Assembly: GCA_963771275.1 (NCBI GenBank)
Contig: CAVYSW010000009.1
Span: 352,001-416,000 of the forward strand
Length of the DNA: 64,000 bases
Source: an uncultured Gemmatimonadales bacterium
GTDB lineage: Bacteria > Gemmatimonadota > Gemmatimonadetes > Gemmatimonadales > GWC2-71-9
Direction of reading: 5' to 3'
The notes beneath the pieces were generated by a model, which was not told where the DNA came from, did no database searches, and saw only the letters and a program-made list of their open reading frames with translations. Position numbers and translations under genes: made by a program. Positions 1 through 9,810 of this stretch are shown here, in pieces (position 1 is the first letter of the stretch; each line of letters opens with the position of its first letter).

Positions 1-153
1 GTCGACGGCGTGGCCCGGCCGGACCACTCCGACCTCACACGGCACTTGGCGGCCCTGCGGCGGGTCGACGAGGCACGGGCGGAGGTGGGACGCAACGTGA
101 ACCCTCAGCTCGCCCTCGCGGTGCTGGCGCACGATCTCGTGGGGCTCACATGA
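1..153 (+). CDS. holB: 3' end of probable DNA polymerase III delta' subunit (partial)
   Basis: Frame 1 is open from the window edge and ends ...EVGRNVNPQLALAVLAHDLVGLT*, resembling HolB C-termini; stop overlaps the moaC ATG. Confidence 0.5.
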   Translation, partial: VDGVARPDHSDLTRHLAALRRVDEARAEVGRNVNPQLALAVLAHDLVGLT

Positions 154-635
154 CGCTGTCCCACCTGGACGCGGGGGGACGGGCCCGCATGGTGAACGTG
201 GGGGACAAGCCCGAGACCGTGCGCCGGGCGGTGGCGGAAGGCACGATCACGATGTCGCCCGGGGCCGCGGAGCTGGTGCGGCGGGCGGCGGGCCCCAAGG
301 GCGACGTCCTCGCGACGGCCGAGCTCGCCGGCACGATGGGCGCCAAGCGCACGGCGGAGATGATCCCGCTCTGCCACCCGGTGGGGCTCGACCACGTGGA
401 GGTCGTCGCGGCGGTGGACGACGCCCTCCCCGGCGTGCGGATCCGCGCCGCAGTGCAGGCGACCGGACGGACGGGGGTCGAGATGGAGGCGCTCACCGCG
501 GTCTCCATCGCGCTGCTGACGGTCTACGACATGGTGAAGGCCGCGGGGCACGGCATGTGCATCGGTGACATCGTACTGCTGGAGAAGTCCGGCGGCGCGT
601 CGGGACACTGGATACGGAGTCATGATGACCGGTAG
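150..635 (+). CDS. moaC: Cyclic pyranopterin monophosphate synthase MoaC
   Basis: LSHLD..ARMVNV, KGDVL, IPLCHP, TGVEMEAL, YDMVKA, LLEKSGG motifs. Confidence 0.95.
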   Translation: MTLSHLDAGGRARMVNVGDKPETVRRAVAEGTITMSPGAAELVRRAAGPKGDVLATAELAGTMGAKRTAEMIPLCHPVGLDHVEVVAAVDDALPGVRIRAAVQATGRTGVEMEALTAVSIALLTVYDMVKAAGHGMCIGDIVLLEKSGGASGHWIRSHDDR

Positions 636-1308
636 ATCAAGCGGCCCGCAGATGCACATCCCGCAGCGGCTGATGCTGCGTGGCCTCGGCATCTTTGCCG
701 TGCTCGTGGCGGTGGGCGCGGCCCTCAGCCTCGTCCCCCCCCGGGCCCGCGCGAGCCGTGACACCGCCCCCTGGACGGGCACGGCCGGGGTCATCAGCCA
801 GCTCCGCACGTCGCTCCAGGCGAAGTCGGGTGAGCTCGAAATCAAGGACATCGAGCTCGAGCGCGCCCAGGACATCATCGCCTTCTCGGCGCACTTTCAG
901 ATCCCCGCGGACCTGGCCACGCTCATCTACGACGAGGCGTTGGCCGCCGGGCTGAGCCCGGGCCTCGCTTTCGAGATCGTGCGGATCGAGAGCCGCTTCA
1001 ATCCCCGCGCCGTGAGTCGGGTCGGCGCGCTGGGGCTGACGCAGATCATGCCCGCCACCGCCGCGTTCTACGACTCGGTCGGGTCGGTCCAGGAACTGCT
1101 GGACCCGCGGACCAACGTCCGCGTGGGGTTCCGGTTCTTCCGGGACCTGCTGGAGCGGTTCAACGGGGATCTGCGCATGGCCCTGCTGGCGTACAACCGG
1201 GGTCCGGGGCGCGTGGCCGACCTGCTCGCGCGCGGGCGGAGTCCGGCGAACGGCTATGCGCAGTCGGTTATCGTGGGGTACAAGATGGGGGGCAGCCCGC
1301 CCCCGTGA
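622..1308 (+). CDS. Membrane-anchored SLT-domain lytic transglycosylase
   Basis: N-terminal TM; ES.F.P.A.S..GA.GL.QIMP and AYNRG motifs; start 622/625 chosen from GGAG at 616-619. Confidence 0.85.
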   Translation: MMTGRSSGPQMHIPQRLMLRGLGIFAVLVAVGAALSLVPPRARASRDTAPWTGTAGVISQLRTSLQAKSGELEIKDIELERAQDIIAFSAHFQIPADLATLIYDEALAAGLSPGLAFEIVRIESRFNPRAVSRVGALGLTQIMPATAAFYDSVGSVQELLDPRTNVRVGFRFFRDLLERFNGDLRMALLAYNRGPGRVADLLARGRSPANGYAQSVIVGYKMGGSPPP

Positions 1309-1314
1309 GCCGCG

Positions 1315-2832
1315 TCAGGGCCCGGCGACGCGCAGCCGCTGCCCGACCTTCACCAAGTCACCGTCCACATCGTTCCACTGCCGCAGATCGGCGACCCGGA
1401 CCCCGTAGCGCCGGGCGATCGTCCACAGGGAGTCCCCCGCCCGCACCGTGTGGTAGCGGGTTGTCGTCGCGGCCGCCACGCGCGCGCTGACGACGGGCCG
1501 GGGACGTCGCCCGCTGGCGATGTCACGCCGCGCCGCCGCACTCACGGGAATCGTGAGGCGCTGACCAATCGAGAGCCGTGTCGCCCTCACGCTGGGGTTG
1601 GCCGCCTTAAGCAGGTCCAGGCTCACCCGGTACCGCGCGGCGATCCCCGACAGCGTCTCGCCCCTGGTCACCCGGTGGTCGAGGAACGAGACGCGCTCGC
1701 TCGCCGGCAGCGCGGCCCAGCTCTGCGCCAACCGCGGACCCGTGCCGAGCGGCACGCGCACCGTCACCGCCCGGTTTGGAGGGGTCACGCCGCGGTAGAA
1801 CTGGGGGTTCAGCTCCACCAGCGCCGCGGTCGTGGTATCCGCGAGGCGCGCCAGCACGTCGAGGCCGGTGGCGTCGGTCACGTGGACCTCGTCGAACTGG
1901 AACGGCTGGAGCGCCGGCAACGTGTCGAACCCGTAGCGCGCGGGCTCTTTCGCGATCAACGCGGCGGCGATCAGCTTGGGCACGTAGTCGCGCGTCTCGC
2001 GCCGCAGGTACCGCTTGTCATACAGCGCGAAGAACGTGGAGTCGGTGGGTGACTCGCCCGCGTCACCGGGAAGCCGCTTCAGGCCCCGGGTGATGCGTCC
2101 CGCACCGGCGTTGTAGGCGGCGGCGGCGAGATACCACGATCCGAACGCCTCGTTCAGGTCCGCCAGATGGCGGGCCGCTGCGTCCGTGGCCTTGAACGGA
2201 TCGCGGCGCTCGTCCACCCAGGCGTCCTGCGCGAGTCCGTACTTCCGGCCCGTCCCGGCGATGAACTGCCACATGCCCACGGCCCGGGCGTGGGACACCG
2301 CCGTATTCGAGTAGCCGCTCTCGATCAGGGCGAGATAGACCAGATCCTCGGGCACCCCGTACCGCCGCAGCCGCTCCCGGATCAGGTCCTCGTAGCGCGG
2401 CAGGCGGGTCAGCCAGATGGCGAACCGGTCTCGCGCGGGCCCGAGGAAGAAATCCACATAGTACTGCACCCGGTTGTGATCGGCGAACGACTCGACATCG
2501 ATGTCGTAGGCCGGGCTCGCCGCGCTGTCGCCGGCGTCCCCCGCGCCGAACAACTGCGCGGTCTGCGCGTGCTCCGCATCCTGTTGCGCGGGATGGGCGG
2601 TGTCCGCGGCGGCGGTGTGGAACTCGAGCGCCGCGAGGGCCTCCAGCGCTTGCCGGTCGGCCGCCGAGTCGTCCGACGCGGCTGGGGGACCCGCGAGGCC
2701 CGCCGCCGCTCCGGAGTCGGCTGCCGCAGGACCCGGCTCGGGCCCGGGGGCTTCGAACGCGACGGGATGGGCGCAGGCCGCCGCGACGACCGCCATCGTC
2801 CCGAGTGCCAGTCGGCGCAGGAAGGCAGTCAT
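1315..2832 (-). CDS. MltD-like lytic transglycosylase lipoprotein with two LysM domains
   Basis: Lipobox [30 protein letters not shown]; two LysM repeats ([18 protein letters not shown]). Confidence 0.9.
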   Translation of the reverse strand: MTAFLRRLALGTMAVVAAACAHPVAFEAPGPEPGPAAADSGAAAGLAGPPAASDDSAADRQALEALAALEFHTAAADTAHPAQQDAEHAQTAQLFGAGDAGDSAASPAYDIDVESFADHNRVQYYVDFFLGPARDRFAIWLTRLPRYEDLIRERLRRYGVPEDLVYLALIESGYSNTAVSHARAVGMWQFIAGTGRKYGLAQDAWVDERRDPFKATDAAARHLADLNEAFGSWYLAAAAYNAGAGRITRGLKRLPGDAGESPTDSTFFALYDKRYLRRETRDYVPKLIAAALIAKEPARYGFDTLPALQPFQFDEVHVTDATGLDVLARLADTTTAALVELNPQFYRGVTPPNRAVTVRVPLGTGPRLAQSWAALPASERVSFLDHRVTRGETLSGIAARYRVSLDLLKAANPSVRATRLSIGQRLTIPVSAAARRDIASGRRPRPVVSARVAAATTTRYHTVRAGDSLWTIARRYGVRVADLRQWNDVDGDLVKVGQRLRVAGP

Positions 2833-3269
2833 CGCACGTCTCGCAGGAAGATGTTACCCATGATCCGGTTGGTCGCGTTCAGCACGGCGACCGCCGCGCC
2901 CCGCGCCGGGTCCTGATCGGCGAGAAACGAGCCCACGAGGCGGTGGGGCGAGCCGTCCGCCTTGGAAACGATGGAGACGATCAGCACAATGGTGTCGAAC
3001 GCCCGGATCGCCTTGACCCCCAGGAGCTCGAAGGCCACCTGCCCGGGGGCGGACAGCTCGATGGCGCGCAGCGTGGCCTCCGCGGCGCAGCGCAGCTCGC
3101 CCGCATCGGACGCCAGCCCGTCGGCGGTCCCCACCCAGCGCTGGCCCGGGCCGAGTTCCAGCGCGACCTCCGCCCGGCACTGGCCGCTCGGCAGCCGGTC
3201 GAAGGCGAAGCCGACGAACCGCAGGCGCTCCCGGTGGGTCCGTTCCTGCCCGTCGTACGACATGGTCAA
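2829..3269 (-). CDS. Hypothetical protein resembling a stand-alone LeuA allosteric-domain fold
   Basis: Overlaps both neighbours by 4 bp; ends [11 protein letters not shown]. Confidence 0.65.
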   Translation of the reverse strand: MTMSYDGQERTHRERLRFVGFAFDRLPSGQCRAEVALELGPGQRWVGTADGLASDAGELRCAAEATLRAIELSAPGQVAFELLGVKAIRAFDTIVLIVSIVSKADGSPHRLVGSFLADQDPARGAAVAVLNATNRIMGNIFLRDVR

Positions 3270-3520
3270 TCGGCCCTGCCGAATTCAACTTCGAGTTGGC
3301 CCGGCATCGACTCCTCCGCCCCACGCAGCAGGTCGGCATCGAGCCGCGGCCGGCCACTGGCGTCTTGCCCCAGAGAGATCAGTAGGGTCTGCCCGTCGTC
3401 CAGCGTCACGCGCAGCTGGCGGCAGTCGGACCGCAGTACGACATCGAGCACCATCCGGTCGCGGAGATGGGCCACCGCGTCGGCGATGCGCCGCAAATCG
3501 TGGACCGACGTGAGGGGCAC
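3266..3520 (-). CDS. Small hypothetical protein
   Basis: Tightly packed between neighbours; normal protein composition. Confidence 0.55.
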   Translation of the reverse strand: MPLTSVHDLRRIADAVAHLRDRMVLDVVLRSDCRQLRVTLDDGQTLLISLGQDASGRPRLDADLLRGAEESMPGQLEVEFGRAD

Positions 3521-3541
3521 GAACGACCTCGCCGCGACGGT

Positions 3542-3787
3542 TCAGGACAGGTGCCGGCTGAGTACCTCGTGCAGCACCTCGTCCGGGATCTTCTCCGCCT
3601 GGGTGAAGAGCGACGACTTGGACGAGGACTCGAGGGGAAAGGATGCCCACAGACACCTGCTTGTCCCGCCGTTTCTGGAAGCCCTGAAGGAGAGCATCAA
3701 CTGCCACGTCACCTGGTTGGCGCGCCGCTCTGCGGCGGGGTGTACGTGCCAAACCTCGCCCTCTCGTGACAGGATTCTCCAGGCCAT
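3542..3787 (-). CDS. Small hypothetical protein (MAWRILSREG...)
   Basis: AAGGAG RBS upstream of ATG at 3787; 81 aa. Confidence 0.65.
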   Translation of the reverse strand: MAWRILSREGEVWHVHPAAERRANQVTWQLMLSFRASRNGGTSRCLWASFPLESSSKSSLFTQAEKIPDEVLHEVLSRHLS

Positions 3788-4015
3788 CGCGCACCGCTCC
3801 TTGCCGGCAGTCCGTCGCACAAACCGCGGGGGGCCGTCAAAGATGGGCCGACCCCGCGAGACGGTCAAGAGAGCGCGTCGCCGCGCGCCGGCTGTCTTGT
3901 CGCCAATATGCCCGCGTCCGCGCCGTATCGGTGTGACACCGGTCACCTGGCGTCCGCCCGGCGCCGCCGCGAAACTTCCGGCCCTGGGCTTCGTCGGGAC
4001 AGGAGGGAGGATACC

Positions 4016-4294
4016 ATGCTCGAGATCATGCTGCTCGCCGGGACGGGCGCCGTTACCCTGTTTGGCTACCTCAAGGCGCGGAGCTTCGTGCGCGAGCGGC
4101 TCCGCTTCGTAGACGCGGCGCACAAGCCGGGCACGCCAGTCGTGGCCGGCGCGGCGGCGGCGCTGGCCGCCGGCCCGGTGGTGTGGCTGCTCCCGTTCGT
4201 GGGCGCACCCACGGCCCTGATCTTCGGCATCGGCGTGGGCTGGGGCGTCTATCACGGGTCGCGCGACGTGCGGAAGCGCCTGCCGGGCGGCTAG
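4016..4294 (+). CDS. Small hypothetical membrane protein
   Basis: Strong GGAGG RBS; three hydrophobic segments. Confidence 0.7.
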   Translation: MLEIMLLAGTGAVTLFGYLKARSFVRERLRFVDAAHKPGTPVVAGAAAALAAGPVVWLLPFVGAPTALIFGIGVGWGVYHGSRDVRKRLPGG

Positions 4295-4378
4295 GTCTCC
4301 TCCGCCGGCTGTCGGCCCGGCCGGCCCGTGGAGCTTCCAGGACGACCCTTCGGGGCAAGGCTACCGGCGGGGGCGGCA

Positions 4379-4451
<73 letters not shown>

Positions 4452-4576
4452 GCGGCGCTGCCGGGACGTTACCTGCCGCCGTCCCGGCTCGCAATCCCGG
4501 CCGTCGAACGCCTGGGGGGCGCGTAGCGGCCGGTCTCCGGTCGCCACGCGCCCCCCTCGCGATCCCCCGCCGGCGT

Positions 4577-6343
4577 CTAGTTCCCCGGAGGGGTCAGCAG
4601 CTGGAAGTAGTTGGCCACGTTGAAGCCCACCGGGTCGACCTCGAAGTACCGGCCGCGCGCGAACACCCCGGTCGTCGGGAAATACGGCGGCGGATCGGTG
4701 AAGGCGCACGCGTCGTACGAGTACCGCTTGAGGTAGCCGGTGCCGGCCGTCGTGCCCACCGCGCCGCGGGTCGATTGGATGATACCGCCCGTGAGGTACA
4801 GGCAGCCTCGACCCCACGACGTCGTCCCGCACGGCTCGCTGGACGTGGCGCCCGCGTCGTAGTTCTCCACCGTGAAGTTGCTGAGCGCCAGCACGACGCC
4901 CTGGATGAACTCGTCTCGCGTCTCGTCGAACGTGTAGTAGTTGCTCGACGAGGAGACCGCCTGGAGCGGGCTGTTGATCGTGTTGTCGGCCACGACGACG
5001 TCGGTGCCGCTGAACAGCCCCATGATGTCGTTGCAGGTTCCGGCGCCGGGATCGGTGGCGTAGGTCAGGTCGTCGCCGATGATGATGTCGCTGGTGGCGG
5101 CCACCGTGACCCGGCCGCGCAGCACGCCGCTCAGCACGACCTTGCCCTGCACGAAGATCACGCCCTTGAAGTTGGGATTGAGCTCGCGCGTGATCGGGAA
5201 CAAGTACTGCTTGTCGGCGCGGGCGGCGAGGAGGCCGCTCACCGCACCCGGCCAGGCCAGCCACTGCCCCTTCGTATCGACCGCCTGGAACCCACCCGAG
5301 AACGCGTCCGCGCCGCCGAGCAGGCAGCGCCGGCCGCTGCCGGTGAGCGCGACAATGTACGAGTCGGTCCCGGTGCTGCTCGTGTGGGCCTTCGCCGACT
5401 TGAGCGTGTCGCCGTGGAAATGCCCGCAGTTGAGCGAGTTCCGCAGCCGGATGTCGGGGCTGCCGCTGGTGTAGTCGGAGGGGATGTCCGCCGTGACCCA
5501 GCCGGCGTCGCTGGACTGGTAGACCCGGATGAAGCCCTCGTTGGTGCCGTTCACCTCGCCGTCGCCGTTCAAGTCGATCGCGACGAACTCGATCCGCGTG
5601 GTCGCCTGGCCAACCGCCCCGTTGGTGTTCCCGACGAACGCGGTGTTACCCGCCTGGGCCTGCGTCTGGAGCTTGAGCAGGTCGGCCGTCTGGGGCATCT
5701 CGATGCGCCGGACGTGCTCGGTATACCCCTGCGCGAAGGTGCCGTACTGGGCCCCCTCCACGGTCTTCGCCGTCGTCACGGGGCCGAAGAAGGTGGCGCC
5801 CGACGAGTAGATCTTGAGATAGTCGTTGGTGTGCACCGGCCCGAAGATCTGGTCGCCGCCGCCGAACGAGATGTTCGACGGCTCGATGTCGGTGAAGTAG
5901 GCGTACTTGGCGAAGCTCTCCTGCACGATCTCCCCGCGGCGGACGACCGTGTTGCCGAACCGGTCGCGGGCAATCGAGACCGCGCTGCCGAACACGCCGT
6001 ATTGTCCCGACGTGATGCCCGTCGGGCCAACGTAGACCGAGCGGGTCACGTTGGGAATCACGGTCCCGCCGGCGTCCGTGACCGTCGCGTCCTGCTCGAG
6101 CGTGGTATAGCCCGAGGCGGGGTAGATGGCCGGTGTGCCGTTGACCCGCGAGCGCGCAATCTCGATCCCCGCGTCCGCGACCGATTCGAGCGACAGCTCG
6201 CGGTCGGTGTTGCGGTTCACCATCGCGCTCGTCATGCTCAGCAGCACGGCGGTGGTCGAGAGTACGGCCACCACGAGCGCCACGTACAGCACCGTGATCA
6301 GCGCGACCCCGCGCTCGTTCCGGATGCAATGTGTCCACGACAT
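4577..6343 (-). CDS. Large PilX/ComZ-like minor pilin
   Basis: Class III signal ERG|VALIT (no Glu5), ADAGIE.A motif, beta-rich C-terminal region; 588 aa. Confidence 0.75.
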   Translation of the reverse strand: MSWTHCIRNERGVALITVLYVALVVAVLSTTAVLLSMTSAMVNRNTDRELSLESVADAGIEIARSRVNGTPAIYPASGYTTLEQDATVTDAGGTVIPNVTRSVYVGPTGITSGQYGVFGSAVSIARDRFGNTVVRRGEIVQESFAKYAYFTDIEPSNISFGGGDQIFGPVHTNDYLKIYSSGATFFGPVTTAKTVEGAQYGTFAQGYTEHVRRIEMPQTADLLKLQTQAQAGNTAFVGNTNGAVGQATTRIEFVAIDLNGDGEVNGTNEGFIRVYQSSDAGWVTADIPSDYTSGSPDIRLRNSLNCGHFHGDTLKSAKAHTSSTGTDSYIVALTGSGRRCLLGGADAFSGGFQAVDTKGQWLAWPGAVSGLLAARADKQYLFPITRELNPNFKGVIFVQGKVVLSGVLRGRVTVAATSDIIIGDDLTYATDPGAGTCNDIMGLFSGTDVVVADNTINSPLQAVSSSSNYYTFDETRDEFIQGVVLALSNFTVENYDAGATSSEPCGTTSWGRGCLYLTGGIIQSTRGAVGTTAGTGYLKRYSYDACAFTDPPPYFPTTGVFARGRYFEVDPVGFNVANYFQLLTPPGN

Positions 6344-6360
6344 AGGTTTCCTCCGTCCAA

Positions 6361-7533
6361 TCATGGCGCCACGACCGGCCCGGCCAGGGCCATGGTCGAC
6401 TGCGACGGCGTACAATCCTGCGCGGCCAGGGCATACTGATAGGCCTGTCCCGTGACCGCGGCCTCGTCGTCCCATGTGTAGCTTGCACTCCCCGCGGGCA
6501 CGCTGCGGTACGGATCGCCCCACTCGACTTCGCCCAGCAACCGCCGCCACAGCACGTAGCGCACCACGTCCCGCTCGCCTCCGGTCTCGTCGACCGCCGC
6601 GTTCCAGGTGAGCCGGATGGCGGGGTCGCCCGAGGCCAGCACGATGGGCGCCGCGACGAGCGGGTTGCCCAGGATCGGCTCGTCCCCGCAGGTCTGGCGC
6701 GTGCCGAAGCCGGCGTTGGGGAACCGGACGAGGCGCGTGAGCGCGCCGCGCCGCTCGCGCGCGCCCGTGAGCCCGTTGGTCGCGGTGAAGCTGATCTGGA
6801 CACCCCGGAGGCTGTCGATCCGTGCCGCCGGGCCCGTGTCCGCGGGCGACATGTGCATGCTGACCGAGTGCATGAGCGGGATCTCGCCGCTCGGGACCAG
6901 GGCGATGAAGGCCGGCGCGTTGTTCGGCGTGCGCAGCCGGTAGTACTGGAAGAACGGCACGCCCGGGGTCTGCAGCAGGTTGCGCGCGACCATCGCCCGC
7001 GCCTGGTTGTTCACCTGGCGGTACAGGATGTAGTCATCCGTGCGGGCGGTGGTGGCGTCCGGCGTGAAGTAGAAGATCAGCAGCTCCGCCGGACTGTTGG
7101 CGCCCTGGTACGTGTAGTTCACGGCGGGGTACTGGAAGGTCGTGCCGGGCAGCGTGATCTGCTGCGCCGTGCGCAGGGCGGTCACGGCCCCGGTGGGCGC
7201 GTCGGGATCGTGGTACACGGCCCACGCGTCGTTCACGACGTTGGTGGCGTAGTCGCCGTTGAACGCGAGGATGCTCGCGCCGACGTACACCAGCTGAGGC
7301 TGCTGGTCGGGCACATTGGAGCCGGCGGTGCGCAGGTCGTTGCCCAGCGTGGTGGCCGCGAACCGCAGGTTCTGCAGCACGTCCATCCGCTCGCTGCCGA
7401 GGCGGAACGCCGCTCCCTGGCGCCCGAGGAACGTCAGCGCCGAAGCCAGGACGATCGAGAACACCACCAGGGCGACCAGCATCTCGATCAGCGTCATGCC
7501 GCGCGCGTCGCGGCGCCGTGCGATCGTCGTCAT
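6361..7533 (-). CDS. PilW-like prepilin with C-terminal FN3-like domain
   Basis: RG|MTLIEMLVAL; DLRTAGS; C-terminal LTWNA..Y.LWR..Y.Y pattern. Confidence 0.8.
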   Translation of the reverse strand: MTTIARRRDARGMTLIEMLVALVVFSIVLASALTFLGRQGAAFRLGSERMDVLQNLRFAATTLGNDLRTAGSNVPDQQPQLVYVGASILAFNGDYATNVVNDAWAVYHDPDAPTGAVTALRTAQQITLPGTTFQYPAVNYTYQGANSPAELLIFYFTPDATTARTDDYILYRQVNNQARAMVARNLLQTPGVPFFQYYRLRTPNNAPAFIALVPSGEIPLMHSVSMHMSPADTGPAARIDSLRGVQISFTATNGLTGARERRGALTRLVRFPNAGFGTRQTCGDEPILGNPLVAAPIVLASGDPAIRLTWNAAVDETGGERDVVRYVLWRRLLGEVEWGDPYRSVPAGSASYTWDDEAAVTGQAYQYALAAQDCTPSQSTMALAGPVVAP

Positions 7534-7910
7534 GGAGCAGCCACCGTCGTCGTGCGGGTGATGGGCGTCGTCACGCCCGGTCCTGTCACCGTCACCGTCA
7601 CCACCTTGTAGTCCGTCGCCTGCCCCGTCCCGCCGATCTGCGTGACCTGGGTCACCCGGGTGTAGCCGGGCAACGCCGGCAGGTTGTTCTCGGTTCCCGC
7701 GTACGTGGCCGCGAGCCCGGCGTAGTCCGGGTCCATCTGAATCACCTGGAGGCGGTCCTGCGCGAGCTGCGTCGCCGTCGCGCGGGTTCCCTCCTGGGCC
7801 GTCTGTCGGACGAATGAGCCCGTCGCGCTCCCCATCGCGAGCACGACGACGAGCAGGATCACCAGGGCGATGATCACCTCGATCAGCGTAAAGCCGCGAC
7901 GGTTCGTCAT
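7530..7910 (-). CDS. PilV-like minor pilin
   Basis: RRG|FTLIEVIIAL; 126 aa. Confidence 0.85.
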   Translation of the reverse strand: MTNRRGFTLIEVIIALVILLVVVLAMGSATGSFVRQTAQEGTRATATQLAQDRLQVIQMDPDYAGLAATYAGTENNLPALPGYTRVTQVTQIGGTGQATDYKVVTVTVTGPGVTTPITRTTTVAAP

Positions 7911-8491
7911 CAGAACCCCCTGATCCAGCCGTTGTTGTAGCGGTACCAGGACGTCCGCCCCGTCGACCGCTCGACCTCGAGCAGTCGCGTATCCGTCGCC
8001 AGGCCCGTCAGCACGGCGCGCCGCGAGGTGAGGTAGACGCCGCCGTACTCGCTGGCGCTGCCGTTGCGGTGGAACGTGACCGACGGAAGCCCGTCGCGCA
8101 CCTGGGCGAAGGTGACCGCCGCCGCACCCACCGCATGAGCTGGCGCGCCCGCCCGGCCGAGCACGACCAGATCGCCCAGGTCGCGTCGGGTGGCGGCCTC
8201 GCCCCCGTCGATCACGCCGTTGTTGTTCGCGTCCTGATGCACCCGGACCGTGTTGGTCGCCTGGTCGAACCCGACGATGACGTCGAACTGCCGGGTCGCG
8301 GCGAGACGCTGGGCGCCGAGCAGCACCATACCGGTGCTCTGCATGGCACCATCGACGCGATACCGTGTGAGGTCAATCTTCGGGATGGCGATGCTGGCGA
8401 CGATCCCGATGATCGTCACCACGATCAGCAGCTCGACCAGCGTGACGCCGCTCGAGCCGCTCAGCCGTTTCATCGCAGACCGCTGTTGCAT
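7910..8491 (-). CDS. FimT/GspH-like minor pilin
   Basis: SG|VTLVELLIVV; DANNNGVIDGGE; VTFHRNGS. Confidence 0.85.
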   Translation of the reverse strand: MQQRSAMKRLSGSSGVTLVELLIVVTIIGIVASIAIPKIDLTRYRVDGAMQSTGMVLLGAQRLAATRQFDVIVGFDQATNTVRVHQDANNNGVIDGGEAATRRDLGDLVVLGRAGAPAHAVGAAAVTFAQVRDGLPSVTFHRNGSASEYGGVYLTSRRAVLTGLATDTRLLEVERSTGRTSWYRYNNGWIRGF

Positions 8492-8649
8492 CCTGTCCGC
8501 CTCCGGTGCTCAATGCCTCCGGTCAACCTGCCGCCGGGCCCCAGCCCACTCCACACGAGCGTGATGCCCCGCCTGCCATGCTTCGCAGTTTGCCCGTTTT
8601 CGGCGGTTCCCGGAAGGGCCACCCCCAACCGGCTCGCAGCGATGATGGT

Positions 8650-8663
8650 GCAACGGGCGTGCC
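8650..8663 (-). promoter_or_regulatory. Sigma54 (-24/-12) promoter candidate for the pilin cluster
   Basis: Minus strand GGCACG-CCCG-TTGC with exact GG-N10-GC spacing, about 160 nt upstream of the first pilin. Confidence 0.6.
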
Positions 8664-9146
8664 CTCACCGCACCGACGTGCCAACCGTGCGTGTCGCACG
8701 GAGTTCGCCCTCCTCGTGTGGAGCCAACGCGCGCGCGCCCCGCCGCAGCTTGCAGGCCGAGTCGTGGGCGATGCCAATTCCTGCAGGCCCGCGCGATTCG
8801 GTTCGTGACGTGCGTCACGGAGCGGTCCCATCCGCACGACGCGAGCGGGCGTCGTCACCGCGCCCGCTCCACACCCGCTGCCCCACCCCGGCCCTCGACG
8901 CGACGCGAGGACCGCCGCCGTCCACCCCTGCGTTGTCCGTCAACAGCACGATGACGAGCGTCGCCGCGTGGCCCGGTGCGGAGAGCATCGAAACGCCGGC
9001 CGCCAGCGCCACCATGATCACCGTCGGTCGCGGGCCGCCTGGTCCCCCCAAGGCGCCGTTCCTGCGCCACAGGAAAGGTCGGTCCGGCGGGGACACCACA
9101 CAAGCGGCGCACCGTGCGACGGGCGTTGTACGGCCACGCGGCGGGT

Positions 9147-9249
9147 CTCCCAGAGGGGAACGCACCCCCTCCGCGGGGGAGCGCGGGCCCCGCTCCCGAG
9201 GGGGGATCACCGTTTTCAGAGGGAAAACCCTCTTGTTTCAGAGGGAAAA
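9147..9249. repeat. Degenerate ~22-bp-phased repeat array
   Basis: TTTCAGAGGGAAAA exact at 9214 and 9236; degenerate copies at 9147, 9169, 9193. Confidence 0.55.
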
Positions 9250-9313
9250 ACACTTACTTTGGGCGCATGTAGCGGCTGGTTGTACCGACTTTCACCCATC
9301 TCGCGAGGTGACC

Positions 9314-9598
9314 ATGGCTGCGAAGAAGAAGGCCAAGAAGACCAAGCGGAAACCCAATGCCGCGTTCATGAAGCCGGTCATGCCGGACGCCAAGCTCTCT
9401 GAAGTCGTCGGGGCGAAGGCGATGCCGCGCACGGAGCTCACCAAGAAGCTGTGGGCCTACATCAAGCGGAAAGGCCTGCAGGACAAGAAGAACAGACGGA
9501 TGATCAACGCCGATGACGCCTTGAAGGCGGTGTTCAACGGCAAGTCCCAGGTGAGCATGTTCGAGATGACGAAGCTGGTCAGCAGGCACGTGAAGTAG
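9314..9598 (+). CDS. SWIB/MDM2 domain protein with Lys-rich N-terminus
   Basis: AAFMKP..L..VVG...PRTE.TKKLW.YIK..GLQD..NRRMINAD..L...F..VSMFEMTK; GAGGT RBS. Confidence 0.92.
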   Translation: MAAKKKAKKTKRKPNAAFMKPVMPDAKLSEVVGAKAMPRTELTKKLWAYIKRKGLQDKKNRRMINADDALKAVFNGKSQVSMFEMTKLVSRHVK

Positions 9599-9711
9599 CC
9601 GGCCCTGCCCGCGAGTGGGCGGGACAGGTCGAGCGGTGAGTCCAGCGGAGCGGAAGGCAGCAGGGTAGCGCAGGCACAGCAAGCTCTCCCATTGCATCAC
9701 CAGCCCTACAT

Positions 9712-9748
9712 GGGGGTCGGCGCGCTCGTCGGCCCCCACTGTGTTTCC
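9712..9748 (+). terminator. Probable intrinsic terminator between convergent genes
   Basis: GGGGGTCGGCG/CGTCGGCCCCC stem followed by a weak T-rich tail. Confidence 0.45.
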
Positions 9749-9810
9749 CGCCGGCGCGGCCGAACGTGAGGCCACGGGGTCTCGCGGCTGCCCGGCCGGC
9801 CGGCCGGCTC

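Noticed and set aside
8560..8610. c-di-GMP-I riboswitch upstream of the pilins (minus strand GGGCAAAC...GAAG)
   Set aside because: Lacks the GAAA tetraloop stem and the following GACGCAAAG core
8667..8684. Second sigma54-like site TTGGCACGTCGGTGC
   Set aside because: GG-to-GC spacing is 9 nt rather than the required 10
8500..9253. ORFs in the pilin-SWIB gap (e.g. 8815-9210)
   Set aside because: No recognisable motif or RBS; composition typical of spurious high-GC frames
9640..9670. SRP RNA (GGAAGGCAGCAG resembles helix 8, and ffh is nearby)
   Set aside because: The 5' CAGG strand and the long enclosing helix are absent
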